Assembly (NCBI GenBank): GCA_963714275.1
Contig: CAVQNT010000007.1
Location: 64,001 to 128,000, forward strand
DNA from: Candidatus Bathyarchaeota archaeon
GTDB taxonomy: Archaea > Thermoproteota > Bathyarchaeia > Bathyarchaeales > DTEX01
Direction: 5' to 3'
Length of the DNA: 64,000 bases
Positions 20,902-31,339 of the stretch are shown piece by piece; position 1 is the stretch's first letter, and each line of letters begins with the position of its first letter. A program made the translations under genes and the position numbers. The notes under the pieces were generated by a model. The model searched no databases. It was given only the letters and a program-made list of their open reading frames with translations, and was not told the origin of the DNA.

Positions 20902-22278
20902 TCATGTTGTTATTCGTAATGCTATATCCTCCTTGTAATCTGGTGAGACAAGGGTCTTGTTCCCACTAGGGTGGTCGAACTCTTCGGTCTTCTCCATTCT
21001 TCCAGTTTTCGTGTTTACCCATTCCGCGCAGTAGTGACCTTTGGGGAGACTTATTTTCAACTCGACCTTGGTGCCACCATTGACGTAGATCGCATACTTT
21101 TTACCTACCTCAACTAGGGCACGAGCCGTGATGTTGGCTTGGGCAGGAGTTCCCGACAACGGACTGCTGATCTGCCCGCCTTTGATGATGGAGTTATCAG
21201 GCATCATCCTGACGAAATTGAAGCTGTCGATGAAGTCTTTCAGAATTTTCAGTTGTTGACGCAGGCTTGGGCTGCCACCACCAGGAGAGTTGTATTCTAG
21301 GAATGTTCCTCTCGGATGCTTGTACGTGAAGGAGTAATCCAGATTATTGTAAAGTGCGCCGCTTGCGATGATGAAATCCCAGCCTTCGGTGCGGTAAAAC
21401 ACATCCTCTTTACCGCAGAAGCCTGTCTCATTTTCGCCTATTACTTTATTCAAGCCATAATTCATTTCGACCGTGTCAGGCGGATGGCAATAGTGGAAAT
21501 TAAAGATAGATACTGTGGGGTGAGGATTCTGAACCTTCGCCTTTCCGTTGGCGATATTCATTGAAATCAGGTGTTTGGCTGCGAAATCCTTTTCCTCATT
21601 AACGATTGTGTTAATGATGTGGTGCTGCCACGCCATCGTCACTGCGCTGGCATAGGGCTCGTTGCAGACCTCGTAGTAAAGGTTATCGAATTTTTCGAGT
21701 TCCTTCACGATTTTGCGGGTGACGGCTTCCTGCACCGTGGTTAAGTCTTTATGCTTAAGGGTGTAAACCTCTGTGCCGTCGCAGAAGCCTATACCGTTAA
21801 TGTTGTTAGCTGTGTTCATGGGGTTGGCTTTCCAAAGATCTTTAGTGTAGAAGGGGCAGAACAGGTTCATTTCCACAATAATGCTCAGCTGGCTTGCCTG
21901 AGTCATAAAATTTTTTAGGCGTTCAAAGTATGAATCGTCCCATTTGGTTAGGTCGAATTTGTTACCGCCATCGTAATAGCCTGGCTTATCGCTTCGCGTC
22001 CAAGGGCAAATGTAGCGGTTTGGGTGGGGTGCAAGCGTGTTATCTACGATGCCAAACGAGTCCGGGACTTCGCGATAGACTCCAGAAAAAAGGCGCGTGT
22101 GATTAAGGTGATGGACTTGTAGTTCCTTAAGATAAGCAACATAATCAAAATCGAGGTTTAACACTGCGCCATAATGCTCGCCTGAGGTGATGAGGACAGC
22201 AGGTTTCCCTCGAAACAGGAAATAATGGGGATTTTCGGGATGAAGTTGTAAAGGCTTGAAGTTCCGTTTATTCATCAT
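20902..22278 (-). CDS. Clan GH-A (GH5/DUF4038-like) glycoside hydrolase with C-terminal beta domain
   Basis: YYEVCNEP acid/base motif and IGENETG nucleophile-like motif; no signal peptide. Confidence 0.7.
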   Translation of the reverse strand: MMNKRNFKPLQLHPENPHYFLFRGKPAVLITSGEHYGAVLNLDFDYVAYLKELQVHHLNHTRLFSGVYREVPDSFGIVDNTLAPHPNRYICPWTRSDKPGYYDGGNKFDLTKWDDSYFERLKNFMTQASQLSIIVEMNLFCPFYTKDLWKANPMNTANNINGIGFCDGTEVYTLKHKDLTTVQEAVTRKIVKELEKFDNLYYEVCNEPYASAVTMAWQHHIINTIVNEEKDFAAKHLISMNIANGKAKVQNPHPTVSIFNFHYCHPPDTVEMNYGLNKVIGENETGFCGKEDVFYRTEGWDFIIASGALYNNLDYSFTYKHPRGTFLEYNSPGGGSPSLRQQLKILKDFIDSFNFVRMMPDNSIIKGGQISSPLSGTPAQANITARALVEVGKKYAIYVNGGTKVELKISLPKGHYCAEWVNTKTGRMEKTEEFDHPSGNKTLVSPDYKEDIALRITT

Positions 22279-22383
22279 TCTTTCTCCTCATTTTATGATA
22301 TAATACGTTTCATCAATTATCAGGCTAAGTTTAGATTAAAGAATATTAGCGCGCGCGCTCAGTCAGTTTCAGCTGACTAGCTT

Positions 22384-24516
22384 TCACGGATTAGGTTCGA
22401 AGGTTATTTTGTAAGGCGTTCCCTGTTCAGCAGTGAAACTTATGAGTCCTTTGTTGAGCTGAAAACTTATCGGCTCCGTTTTGCTGTCTTCGCCGAGCTT
22501 AAGAACCTTGATGCCTTGTTGTTTTTCCCAGTGTCTAGGAATGGGATATCTGAAAAGACCACCATCTCTGCTGTATCCCAGACAAACATTGTCTCCTTTT
22601 GGGATGAAGCACGTGAAGTCCTTTGAGATTATCTCACCGTTCACTTGCACAACATATTTTTCCGCTTCAGAATCGATTTCGACGTAGCTTCCGTCTTCAT
22701 ATGTAACTTTCTCAACGGTTCCTTCCTTGAGATAAGAGGCCATGTTCTTCCCGTAAAGCTTATTCCAAGGCAAAATTACGAGGTAGTACCTGTCAGTTAT
22801 ATTGTGCATGTTTATGAAAGGCGCCCTCAAAGACCGAAAAGTTGCGGCGCCATAAAGCAAGCTCTTCATGATACCTGATTTACCGTCTCCGCCTAGCCCG
22901 CCGTAGCCTGCCTTGCTGTGGTATATGAATGGGATGAGAGGTATTTCCTCCTCATTTCGGTAGTACACGTTGTCGCGCACGCAAAGGTTCAGGAACCAGC
23001 TTACCTGCCCTATGAAAAGGCTGCTGAAGTCTTCCGTGGTAATGTCTACCCCATGTTTGTTGAACTCTTTTATTATCATGAATTTGCCTTCTAAGTTCTT
23101 TTTGGCGGCAGCTGGGCTTTCAGGGTTGAAATCGTACCTTCTTCCTCCTTTGAAGCTCCCAGATAGCACATCGATGTGGTACGAAACTCTTATCGGATAC
23201 CGTTTCAGCGTGTCACGCACTCTTTGCAGACCGCTTTTTACGGCATACTTGTAGTTGCTGATTAAGTAGGATTGGCCTGAGTTCCAAACACCCGCCGCCA
23301 TTAGGTGCCCTTCTGAGTCCCTAGAGATGGTTTCGGGGTCCCATCCTGGATTTGACATGTAGGCATCGTCGTAATTGTCGTGAAAACTTACTACGACATT
23401 GAATTTGCTTGCTTCCTCCATCAGCTTGACAAGACTTTTATATCCTCCGAGTTTTTCATTGACTTTGTCAACAGCTGGATAGCCTGTATCGTGGCCAGTG
23501 TACTGCCATCCGACAAGATACACGATTTGTGGCGCAAAGTCAGTAAGGTATGCGATTTTCGTGAACAATTCCAGGGCTTCGAGAAACGTGGTGATGTCCT
23601 TTTGTCCCGGTTCATCCAGAAAAATCTTGTACATTAATTTGTCAGTGTACAACGGATTAATTGAAACATTGATTTTGTCTCTAATGAACTTGGCAGCGTC
23701 CACCCACGAGGTTTCGCCGTCATTGTCGTAGTCGCCTATGATGGAAATCGACGCTTCAGAGGATTCTTGAACCAAAAGGTGATATTTAGGTTCACGGGCT
23801 GGAATTAGATGACCGTATTCTACTAGATCATATTCTCGTAATCTATAGATAAAATCCAAAGACAATGAACAGTACCGTTTATCGTCCGATCCATAAATGC
23901 TATTTCTCATCTGGTTCTCCAAAGAATCGGTTTCAAGTACACCTATAACCTTATCGTTGTAAACAAACTCAGCAAGCAACGGGTTAAGCCAATCAATCTT
24001 GAACTTCACGCTCCCGTTTGGAGCCGTAGTGACTTCAACAAGCCGCCCAGCCTCAGCAGGAAAACCGAGTTTCGACTGTTTTCCCTCAGCCTTAACCGTG
24101 ATGAGGTTTGGCATACTGATGTTGATGAGGTGGAAATCCCCGTTTTCGACGACGTTGCCGAATTTGACGGATAAACCGTTGTCTGTCAGTTCATAAAAGA
24201 GGTCAAGCTCTACCGCCTTGTCTTTTTCGTGGGTTACAGTGACGTGATAGTTAGCTGTGTCTTTAGTGAATTTGGGCTTAAAAGAAACCTCCATGAGATT
24301 AGTCGGAATAAGGTCTGCTTGTTTACATACTGAAAGTCCGATAGAGGATCTTCGGGGTAAGTAAACTTCGCCTAGGAGTTTGCCACGTGATGGTTTATGA
24401 AGGTATTCATGTATTATTGGTTCTTTTTTTCCTACTGTTATCCTTACTTGAGAGTTTTCTAAGAAAACTACCTCGCTATTTTCTATAGTCATTTCAAGTG
24501 TCACTGGACTTTCCAA
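22384..24516 (-). CDS. GH101-like (endo-alpha-N-acetylgalactosaminidase family) glycoside hydrolase
   Basis: YLVGWQYTGHDTGYP, SFHDNYDDAY, YHIDV and TTED motifs. Confidence 0.7.
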   Translation of the reverse strand: MESPVTLEMTIENSEVVFLENSQVRITVGKKEPIIHEYLHKPSRGKLLGEVYLPRRSSIGLSVCKQADLIPTNLMEVSFKPKFTKDTANYHVTVTHEKDKAVELDLFYELTDNGLSVKFGNVVENGDFHLINISMPNLITVKAEGKQSKLGFPAEAGRLVEVTTAPNGSVKFKIDWLNPLLAEFVYNDKVIGVLETDSLENQMRNSIYGSDDKRYCSLSLDFIYRLREYDLVEYGHLIPAREPKYHLLVQESSEASISIIGDYDNDGETSWVDAAKFIRDKINVSINPLYTDKLMYKIFLDEPGQKDITTFLEALELFTKIAYLTDFAPQIVYLVGWQYTGHDTGYPAVDKVNEKLGGYKSLVKLMEEASKFNVVVSFHDNYDDAYMSNPGWDPETISRDSEGHLMAAGVWNSGQSYLISNYKYAVKSGLQRVRDTLKRYPIRVSYHIDVLSGSFKGGRRYDFNPESPAAAKKNLEGKFMIIKEFNKHGVDITTEDFSSLFIGQVSWFLNLCVRDNVYYRNEEEIPLIPFIYHSKAGYGGLGGDGKSGIMKSLLYGAATFRSLRAPFINMHNITDRYYLVILPWNKLYGKNMASYLKEGTVEKVTYEDGSYVEIDSEAEKYVVQVNGEIISKDFTCFIPKGDNVCLGYSRDGGLFRYPIPRHWEKQQGIKVLKLGEDSKTEPISFQLNKGLISFTAEQGTPYKITFEPNP

Positions 24517-24630
24517 TGCTTTTTAGATATAAAAGCTTCTTCGTGAAAAAAAAGATTCTTTTTCCTAAATCTGACACTAAATTAGTTTATTAACATAAAT
24601 TAAAGCCACCAAAAACCTTAATTTTTAGAC

Positions 24631-24638
24631 TTAAATAA
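24631..24638 (+). promoter_or_regulatory. TATA box of the tRNA-Leu gene
   Basis: TTAAATAA 23-30 nt upstream of the mature tRNA 5' end. Confidence 0.5.
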
Positions 24639-24660
24639 ACGGTTAATCTCAGTACAACAA

Positions 24661-24743
24661 GCGGGGGTGTCCGAGTGGTCAAAGGAGGCAGGCTTAGGAC
24701 CTGCTGGCGAAGGCCTGCGCGGGTTCAAACCCCGTCCTCCGCA
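24661..24743 (+). tRNA. tRNA-Leu (anticodon TAG), CCA not encoded
   Basis: Acceptor GCGGGGG/CCTCCGC, anticodon stem GCAGG-CTTAGGA-CCTGC, long variable arm, T-loop TTCAAAC. Confidence 0.95.
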
Positions 24744-24844
24744 CTATAACGAATTATATATAAGTTCATGAGGAAAAGTTGAAACCATCATCCAATAATG
24801 CGACTTCTTTTTTCTCGTTGTCTTAATAGTGTGCAATTAGTCAA

Positions 24845-25678
24845 TTAACGGAGCGAGCTGAACTTCCCATGGTACACGGGATAGTCGTGCTCTCTTACGA
24901 ATCCGACTTTCTCCGCGACACGTTTGGACGCCGAGTTTTCAGCGTTGCATTCCCAGTTCGGTTTTATGCTTCTTGCTTTACAATGTTCCACGAATGTTGA
25001 GGCAGCAGATATGGCGAGTCCCTTGTTCTGGTAATCTTGCACGGTCTCAATTCCTATGCCGCATTTGTCCTTACTCATGTACTCGGCTGTGCACCAACAG
25101 ACCACTTGTCTTCCGGTTACAAGGCTGAACCCAAACCCGAAATTGATGAATCTATCAATTGTGGGCCACATCTGTTGAATCTCGTCCAAAACAAACTCCG
25201 TATTTTCATATTGCGCTTTGTAAAGGAAATGTTCATCAATCTGCTTAAGACATAAACCTTCTGGCATGTTGCTTCGCCAGTCTTGCTCGGTAGGCTTTTT
25301 GTGGGTGTGAAAAATATATTGTCCCCGCGATAGATCAATATCCGCAAAGATTGAAGGCAGCATTTTTTCCCAAGGTTCGGAAGTGGAACGTAATCTAAAA
25401 TGTAACCTGCGCTGAAGTTGGAGTTTAGGAGCAATCTTTCGACCTAATAGGGCACGAAGCTCACGGTTAAACTGAATATTGCTTTCCTCACCAGCCAAAT
25501 AGAACACGTTGTTTGCTTTGTCCCACAGAAAAACCGATTTTGGCTCAAACTTATCGTCTACCCACACTTGTGCAAGGCTGTTGCCTTCTAGGATGGAGGA
25601 TAATAGCAAATCGAACTCTAAGCCCTCGAAAAATGGCTTCACCATGTAATACTCTTCAAACAGTAGTTCGCTGACCAT
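24845..25678 (-). CDS. GNAT family N-acetyltransferase
   Basis: IGIET..DYQNKGLA and W.C...N.AS.RVAEKVGF motifs. Confidence 0.88.
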   Translation of the reverse strand: MVSELLFEEYYMVKPFFEGLEFDLLLSSILEGNSLAQVWVDDKFEPKSVFLWDKANNVFYLAGEESNIQFNRELRALLGRKIAPKLQLQRRLHFRLRSTSEPWEKMLPSIFADIDLSRGQYIFHTHKKPTEQDWRSNMPEGLCLKQIDEHFLYKAQYENTEFVLDEIQQMWPTIDRFINFGFGFSLVTGRQVVCWCTAEYMSKDKCGIGIETVQDYQNKGLAISAASTFVEHCKARSIKPNWECNAENSASKRVAEKVGFVREHDYPVYHGKFSSLR

Positions 25679-25936
25679 ATTCGCAGATACCTCACTCTAG
25701 AACATAAGTTTCGTAACACTCAATAGTATTTTCGGAAAAAAAATATTAGTAATAGAAAGGGCAGTCCCAGAAACCCATTTACTAGCCAAGGTAATCCCCA
25801 GTAATAGAATTCTTAAAGGAAAACAATGATGAAGGCAAAAAATACCATAAAAAGAGGATTCGTGAGAGATGTCACTAGATTTGGTGGATTTCGAGTCCCG
25901 TCATTCCAATAATTTTTTTAGGTGGAATTCGATTTT

Positions 25937-27682
25937 TCACTCAAACTTGTAGACGCGGTACGAGTTGGGAAATGTAAACGTTGGGAACACCGTTTGTTCT
26001 CCTCGTGCGATGCTGCTGGGTTCTCTGCCGAAGAACCATTCTCTTGTTGAAAGCAGGTCGTTTAGTTTAGCTTGCTTTTTGTTGACGACGATGTTGCATC
26101 TTACCATGTGCGGGAGGAAGGACTCAACAACGAAGGCGTCATTATCGTACATAAACAGGCAAATCTGGGCTGGACTTTCCACGTAAACCTTGGAATCCTT
26201 CATCAAGAAACGTTTCATGTTAGAAAGCGTTTCCTGTGGCAAATGGTACAAGTCGCCAAAATTGTCTGGTATTGTAAGAACGAACAGTGCTCCTTGGCCA
26301 TAACGGGCTTGAAGGAGGAAGGGGTAGCCTGTGGCTTCGTCTAGACATGTGATGGGGTCTAAAACGTCGTTTGTGGCGCATTGAATCTGCGGAACCAGAA
26401 TGTCCTTGTCAGAGTGATAAACGTCCATGAAGTGCATGAACTTGTTCACCAAGGCTTTTCTGCCCGTGCATCTGATTTCAGCGATGTCTTCGATGCCTTT
26501 ATCCTGCAACGCCTTCAGCAGCCCCGAGGTTATGATGACGGTCTTGCCTTTGATTAGCTGCCCTCGGATTTTTTCGACGATTTCTTTATCGAACTTTGCG
26601 CTTTCAGCCAGAAAGACGGTGCTGCTTTCGTACGGGAATTCAGGAACCATTTCGATGGGAATGCCCAACATTCCGATGTAGTTGTGCAGGAAATCTTCGC
26701 CTGAAGAGTTGTACGGTTTGTAACTTGGTATCCCGCATGGTTCACCGAGTTTGTCAAAGAATGAGTCAGCCTCTTCGAACACGTTTTCGAGTACTGGGGC
26801 AACGTTACCTATCGTTTTTTCTGACCCACCAGGCTGCTTAATGGATTCCACCAAATCAGCGTAACAGAACAACGTTACCTCTTTGGATTTAGCGAACAAG
26901 GTCAGCCTGACTTGTTCCGCGAACCGGTCCAGATACCGACGACCATAGGGATCAATCCAGCCTCCGCCATTCTTTCCAGGTTTAACGTTTTCCAAATACC
27001 TCATAATTGAGTAGCTTTGGTACTGCTGCAGATGCTGCGTAGTGTATTCAGGGTCTCTCGTTTCTGTCCCGGTGTAGATCATGTTGAACAGTTTTGATTC
27101 AACATCCAAATTATACCCCAGAAACTGGTAGTACTCGTACCAATTTGGATATTTGATAATCAAGTTCACATCAGGATTGATACTTTTGGCGGGTTCGATG
27201 ACCAATTTTTCAGCTACTTCCTTCATGAGCTCTAAACGGAAGTCCGTCCAGCTCCTGCTGCCTTTGGCTTTAATGCACGCTTCGCATTTGCAGTTCGTGA
27301 AGAACCAGTCGTCTAAAATGATTTCGTCGAACAGTTCAGCCGTGAATTGGACGATGTCTTTGGTTTTTTGGCGGTGTTCAGGCTTAGTGTAACACAAAGT
27401 CTGGAGTTGGCGTTCAGTGCTTGTGGGAGCGATAGCGCCTGAAGTTTTCACTCCTTTGCTTTCGAAGAAAGCCTTGATTTTTTGCACGGACTCTTTGTCG
27501 ACTAAAATCATGTCTCGATACGTTTCGAGGTAAATTTTGTTGACCTTCAAGTATCTTTGTATCGCGGTGAAACTTTGTTCAAGCCATTTCAGGTCTCCCA
27601 TTTTTTGCACATCGTATACTCGGCAGTAAACTGCGACCCCAAAATTTCTATAACTGACATTGGTAGGATTCATTTTGACCAT
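25937..27682 (-). CDS. Hypothetical TIM-barrel glycoside-hydrolase-like protein
   Basis: 581 aa; IILDDWFFTNCKCEAC motif; fold inferred; sits among other glycoside hydrolase genes. Confidence 0.55.
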   Translation of the reverse strand: MVKMNPTNVSYRNFGVAVYCRVYDVQKMGDLKWLEQSFTAIQRYLKVNKIYLETYRDMILVDKESVQKIKAFFESKGVKTSGAIAPTSTERQLQTLCYTKPEHRQKTKDIVQFTAELFDEIILDDWFFTNCKCEACIKAKGSRSWTDFRLELMKEVAEKLVIEPAKSINPDVNLIIKYPNWYEYYQFLGYNLDVESKLFNMIYTGTETRDPEYTTQHLQQYQSYSIMRYLENVKPGKNGGGWIDPYGRRYLDRFAEQVRLTLFAKSKEVTLFCYADLVESIKQPGGSEKTIGNVAPVLENVFEEADSFFDKLGEPCGIPSYKPYNSSGEDFLHNYIGMLGIPIEMVPEFPYESSTVFLAESAKFDKEIVEKIRGQLIKGKTVIITSGLLKALQDKGIEDIAEIRCTGRKALVNKFMHFMDVYHSDKDILVPQIQCATNDVLDPITCLDEATGYPFLLQARYGQGALFVLTIPDNFGDLYHLPQETLSNMKRFLMKDSKVYVESPAQICLFMYDNDAFVVESFLPHMVRCNIVVNKKQAKLNDLLSTREWFFGREPSSIARGEQTVFPTFTFPNSYRVYKFE

Positions 27683-27813
27683 ACCCTTTTATTGTTTCTT
27701 TTTTTATTATTACAAATTTTAAAATATAATACTATTGATTAAAACGTCCCAAAAAAGTAAAAAGCATCTTATAAAAAAGTGTTTAAAAAAGGAAGGTTGA
27801 TTGATTATCAGCG

Positions 27814-28599
27814 TCATTTGGTCATATTAAGGCTAGCCTTGTAAACATACGTTCCTTTGTATGGTATGACGACGGGCTTGATGTCCGTGGTTTCTTTAAA
27901 CAGTTCGATGAATCTTTGCGGGTCTATGGTTCTGTCGCTGAAGCAGTCGTAATGGCATGGTATGACGACCTTGGGTTTCACAACCAAAGCAAACTTGAAA
28001 GCGTCCTCGGGCTTCCGTTGAGGAGTGTCCCCAATGATCGGGAACATGGCGATGTCGGGTGAAGCCTCAGCAACTTCGCGCAGCAGAGACTTTGGGTCGT
28101 CTGCGACGCTTTGGAAGGTGTCTCCCATGTTGTAGATTCTTGTGCCTTCAGTTTCGAAAACATAGCCAAAATGGGTCGTGTCAGCCTCTTCTGGCGGAAC
28201 AGAATAATACGACGTGACCATGAAGCCTTGAAACTTATAGACAGCCTTGGTTTTTAACGGCTTTAACTGAACCTTTTCCACGCCTAGTTCTGCGAGGCGG
28301 CGGCACGTTTCTTGAGGACCCAAGATGACCGTGTCTGGAAAATTTTCTGCTATGATGGGAAGAGCAATCGGGTCCGTGTGGTCCCAGTGGTCGTGTGTGC
28401 AAAAAACGTAATCTACCTTGAAATCTTCAGGTTTAACGGGTGACTCTTGGCGGATGTGGCGGATTCGTTTGTCCCTTGAAAGATAAGGATCAATGGCAAC
28501 GGTTTTTCCTTTGGACGTTTTTAGGACATAGGAGTTTTGTCCTAGCCAGAGGATTCCGATTTCGCCCTTTTTAAGTTTAAGATTGTGTATGGCTTCCAT
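27814..28599 (-). CDS. MBL-fold metallo-hydrolase (UlaG-like)
   Basis: WLGQ, IDPY, THDHWDH, MGDT and PCHY motifs. Confidence 0.9.
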   Translation of the reverse strand: MEAIHNLKLKKGEIGILWLGQNSYVLKTSKGKTVAIDPYLSRDKRIRHIRQESPVKPEDFKVDYVFCTHDHWDHTDPIALPIIAENFPDTVILGPQETCRRLAELGVEKVQLKPLKTKAVYKFQGFMVTSYYSVPPEEADTTHFGYVFETEGTRIYNMGDTFQSVADDPKSLLREVAEASPDIAMFPIIGDTPQRKPEDAFKFALVVKPKVVIPCHYDCFSDRTIDPQRFIELFKETTDIKPVVIPYKGTYVYKASLNMTK

Positions 28600-28928
28600 A
28601 GAATTAATTCACCTTATAAAAATTATGTTATTCCTAATTATAGATTAATCTTATGTTCGGTTTCGAAGAAAAAGCACCGTAAGTAAAGAATTTTTGATTC
28701 TTTCATCAATGCATGTGTGGGTATAAGGAAAACATGATATGATTCCGTTTATTCAATAAAGTTTGATGTAAATTTGTTATTGAAACATGTTTGTGGCGAG
28801 ACACCGCTGCCTTTTTGTTGTGGTGAATAACCTTGACTGGAAAATTGCAGTCTGTGATCTTTAAACCATCTTTTGATGTAGGTACAGCATGGGTAAGACT
28901 TAAGTTTAGATAGTGTATTTCTATAACC

Positions 28929-29228
28929 ATGTCTTCGCTTTCAGAAGATGAGATTCGGCTGCGCATTCTGCATCTACTTGACAAACCGCCCAGAAAAGGA
29001 TCTACAGTTTGGGGAACCCACAAAAGCATCGTCCAAGAGGCAATACCCGTGTCAGAACGAGCCATAGACGTCAGCATCGCCTATCTCGCAAGGAACGGGC
29101 TGGTAAAGCTTGTTCAAGTCCACGGTGCCGATTGGCTATGGGCAAAAATAACGCCGGTAGGTTTGGATGTGCTTCAAAACCCGGCGCGGTACGAAGAACG
29201 ATACCCGTTTCTCACGTCTAGCAAGTGA
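28929..29228 (+). CDS. Small winged-helix hypothetical protein
   Basis: IR..IL..L ... YL...GLV ... AKIT..G.D pattern. Confidence 0.65.
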   Translation: MSSLSEDEIRLRILHLLDKPPRKGSTVWGTHKSIVQEAIPVSERAIDVSIAYLARNGLVKLVQVHGADWLWAKITPVGLDVLQNPARYEERYPFLTSSK

Positions 29229-29362
29229 TAGAAACAGCTGAAGTTTCTAGGGAACCGCATGACAGTTAAGAAGTGGGTTTTATCAAGGTTTACTTGAATG
29301 CACCGTTTCAGCTAACTAGCTATAATAATTCAAAGAAACATAATACTTGAACGTGACTAAAA

Positions 29363-29686
29363 ATGGGAAAAGAACTGTTGGGACCCTGCGGCGAACTATG
29401 CGGTTTATGCCCATACTATAAAAGCGAGAAAACCCCGCACTGTAACGGCTGTGGCTACCAGAAGGGGCACCTGTTCCACGGCGAATGCCGAGTGTATTTT
29501 TGTGCAGAAAAACATGACGTTGAACATTGTGGACTCTGCCCTGAATTCCCATGCGACCTTTTTGTTGGACAATTTGACACCGAGGATGGACCGAAAAGCG
29601 CCTTTTTCAGAGCTGGGCTTCTGGCATACAGGAAAAAACACGGAACAACTAAATACGTCGAAATAGTCAAAAAACTAAAAAAATAA
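29363..29686 (+). CDS. Cys-rich DUF3795-like protein
   Basis: PCGELCGLC, CNGC, C.V..C and HCGLCPEFPC motifs. Confidence 0.8.
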   Translation: MGKELLGPCGELCGLCPYYKSEKTPHCNGCGYQKGHLFHGECRVYFCAEKHDVEHCGLCPEFPCDLFVGQFDTEDGPKSAFFRAGLLAYRKKHGTTKYVEIVKKLKK

Positions 29687-29925
29687 TAAACCTCGCATAA
29701 AAAAACTGTCACACTTTACAGAACAGACAATGTTTGCGCTGTAAATCAGACAGGTCTTCACGGGCAATGGCCATTGTTATGCAAACGGATAATCCTATTG
29801 TCAAACAAAACAGGCAGCCTCTAAGACGACAATATTTGTTATTTAAAACGTAGATTCGGTTGTTGAACGAATCCCGTTGACTCAACGGTTTTTCGCTTCA
29901 TAAACAATAAAAGGAGAGTGAAAGA

Positions 29926-31122
29926 ATGTTGAAGTTGAACGGGAAAAGTATGAGTCATCAAAAAGATAAAGCATTCATTCAATGGCTTGAAAGTATAAGT
30001 TCAGAAGAATATAAACGAAGTTGTCAGAAATCGTTTTTAACCTTCTTGGATTTCTTGAATGAACAAGGATGGGAAAACATAAGTGGAGACATGATTCTTG
30101 AAAGACACAAGCAGAACCGAAAATCTGACGATAATAAAATCAAGTATGAAATAGATGATTTTGTTCCTAAGTTTGTTCAATGGCTTAAAGAACAGAGAGG
30201 ACTAAAACATAATTCCGCAATAAACACAAGCGTCCCAATCAGAGGGTTTTTCAAGTATCATAGAGAATCTTTAAGGATTCAGAAATCATCAAACACAATT
30301 TACAAAGAAACAAAGAAGAAGTTTCACATCTTCACGCAAGAAGAATTATCAAGAATGGTAAAACTTGGAGATGTAGAAGAAAAAGCTATCATCCTTCTTG
30401 GAAAAGACTTAGGAATCCGTGTTGGTGACTTCATTGAGTTAAAGCGTTCTCCAATATTGGAAGCCTATAAAGACCAAAAAGGAGAGTTTCCAATCGAGTT
30501 TGAAATAGAGACCACCAAGGAAGGTGTTGTCTCAATCGGTCATGTCACTCAAGAAACCTATGAAGCCTTAAACGATTATTGGTCTAACATGCCACAATCA
30601 GAATACGCATTTCCTTCCAACGGTTCACACATTTCGGAAGACCGAGCCAATTATGTCATCAAAAATACTTGGTCAAGAGCCTATCCAGACCGTCAAGATG
30701 TTCAAACAAGATTCCATGAACTAAGAAGTTTCAAGATGGCCGTTTTAAGCGATTGCGGAATCAACGAATGGCACATTAAACGAATGGTTGGAAAGAAACT
30801 TAGTTCAGACATTTCAACATATTTGAGAGGGATAAACCTTAAAGAAGACTTCAGGAAAGCCATGCCCAAAATTCAACTTTCTGGCTTAATAACCACTAAT
30901 CACGAAAAAATTGAAGGACTAACATTAGCCTTGAAGCAAATTGAAAGAGAAAACCATACCTTCAAAACCAGAATCGAAGCCATGCAGAATACCATTGAAA
31001 GGCATGAACAGTTGTTAAGAGATAACAATATTGAATTTCAACGCATGTTCACCAACTTCAACGATAGACTGAATTGGTTTGAAAACAGGGCAAAAAAGAA
31101 AGAAAAAGTTATATTTGATTAA
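29926..31122 (+). CDS. Tyrosine recombinase/integrase with C-terminal coiled coil
   Basis: LGIRVGD (R), TTKEG (K), FHELR (HxxR), MVGKK and STYL (Y) motifs. Confidence 0.88.
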   Translation: MLKLNGKSMSHQKDKAFIQWLESISSEEYKRSCQKSFLTFLDFLNEQGWENISGDMILERHKQNRKSDDNKIKYEIDDFVPKFVQWLKEQRGLKHNSAINTSVPIRGFFKYHRESLRIQKSSNTIYKETKKKFHIFTQEELSRMVKLGDVEEKAIILLGKDLGIRVGDFIELKRSPILEAYKDQKGEFPIEFEIETTKEGVVSIGHVTQETYEALNDYWSNMPQSEYAFPSNGSHISEDRANYVIKNTWSRAYPDRQDVQTRFHELRSFKMAVLSDCGINEWHIKRMVGKKLSSDISTYLRGINLKEDFRKAMPKIQLSGLITTNHEKIEGLTLALKQIERENHTFKTRIEAMQNTIERHEQLLRDNNIEFQRMFTNFNDRLNWFENRAKKKEKVIFD

Positions 31123-31339
31123 TATCAGATTCAACATCCGAATAAACAACCACTACAACAACACTTAAACCAATAATAATACCAATAACACCATCAATAT
31201 CTGGGTAAATTAACTAAGTATAGCTAAGCTGACTTTTAACTCCTATAATGGCATGAGGGATTTTCCGAAGTGTTTTTGTAACAGAATAATGTACTCTAGA
31301 CAAGTATTCACTTCAAACAGAAAAGGAGAATGAACGCTG

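Noticed and set aside
25883-25907. tRNA-like fragment GGATTTCGAGTCCCGTCATTCC as an attR of tRNA-Leu
   Set aside because: It has several mismatches to the tRNA-Leu 3' end and is too short to distinguish from chance.
31141-31200. A/C-rich low-complexity tract after the integrase
   Set aside because: It has no defined repeat unit or ORF, and the strand bias continues into neighbouring genes.
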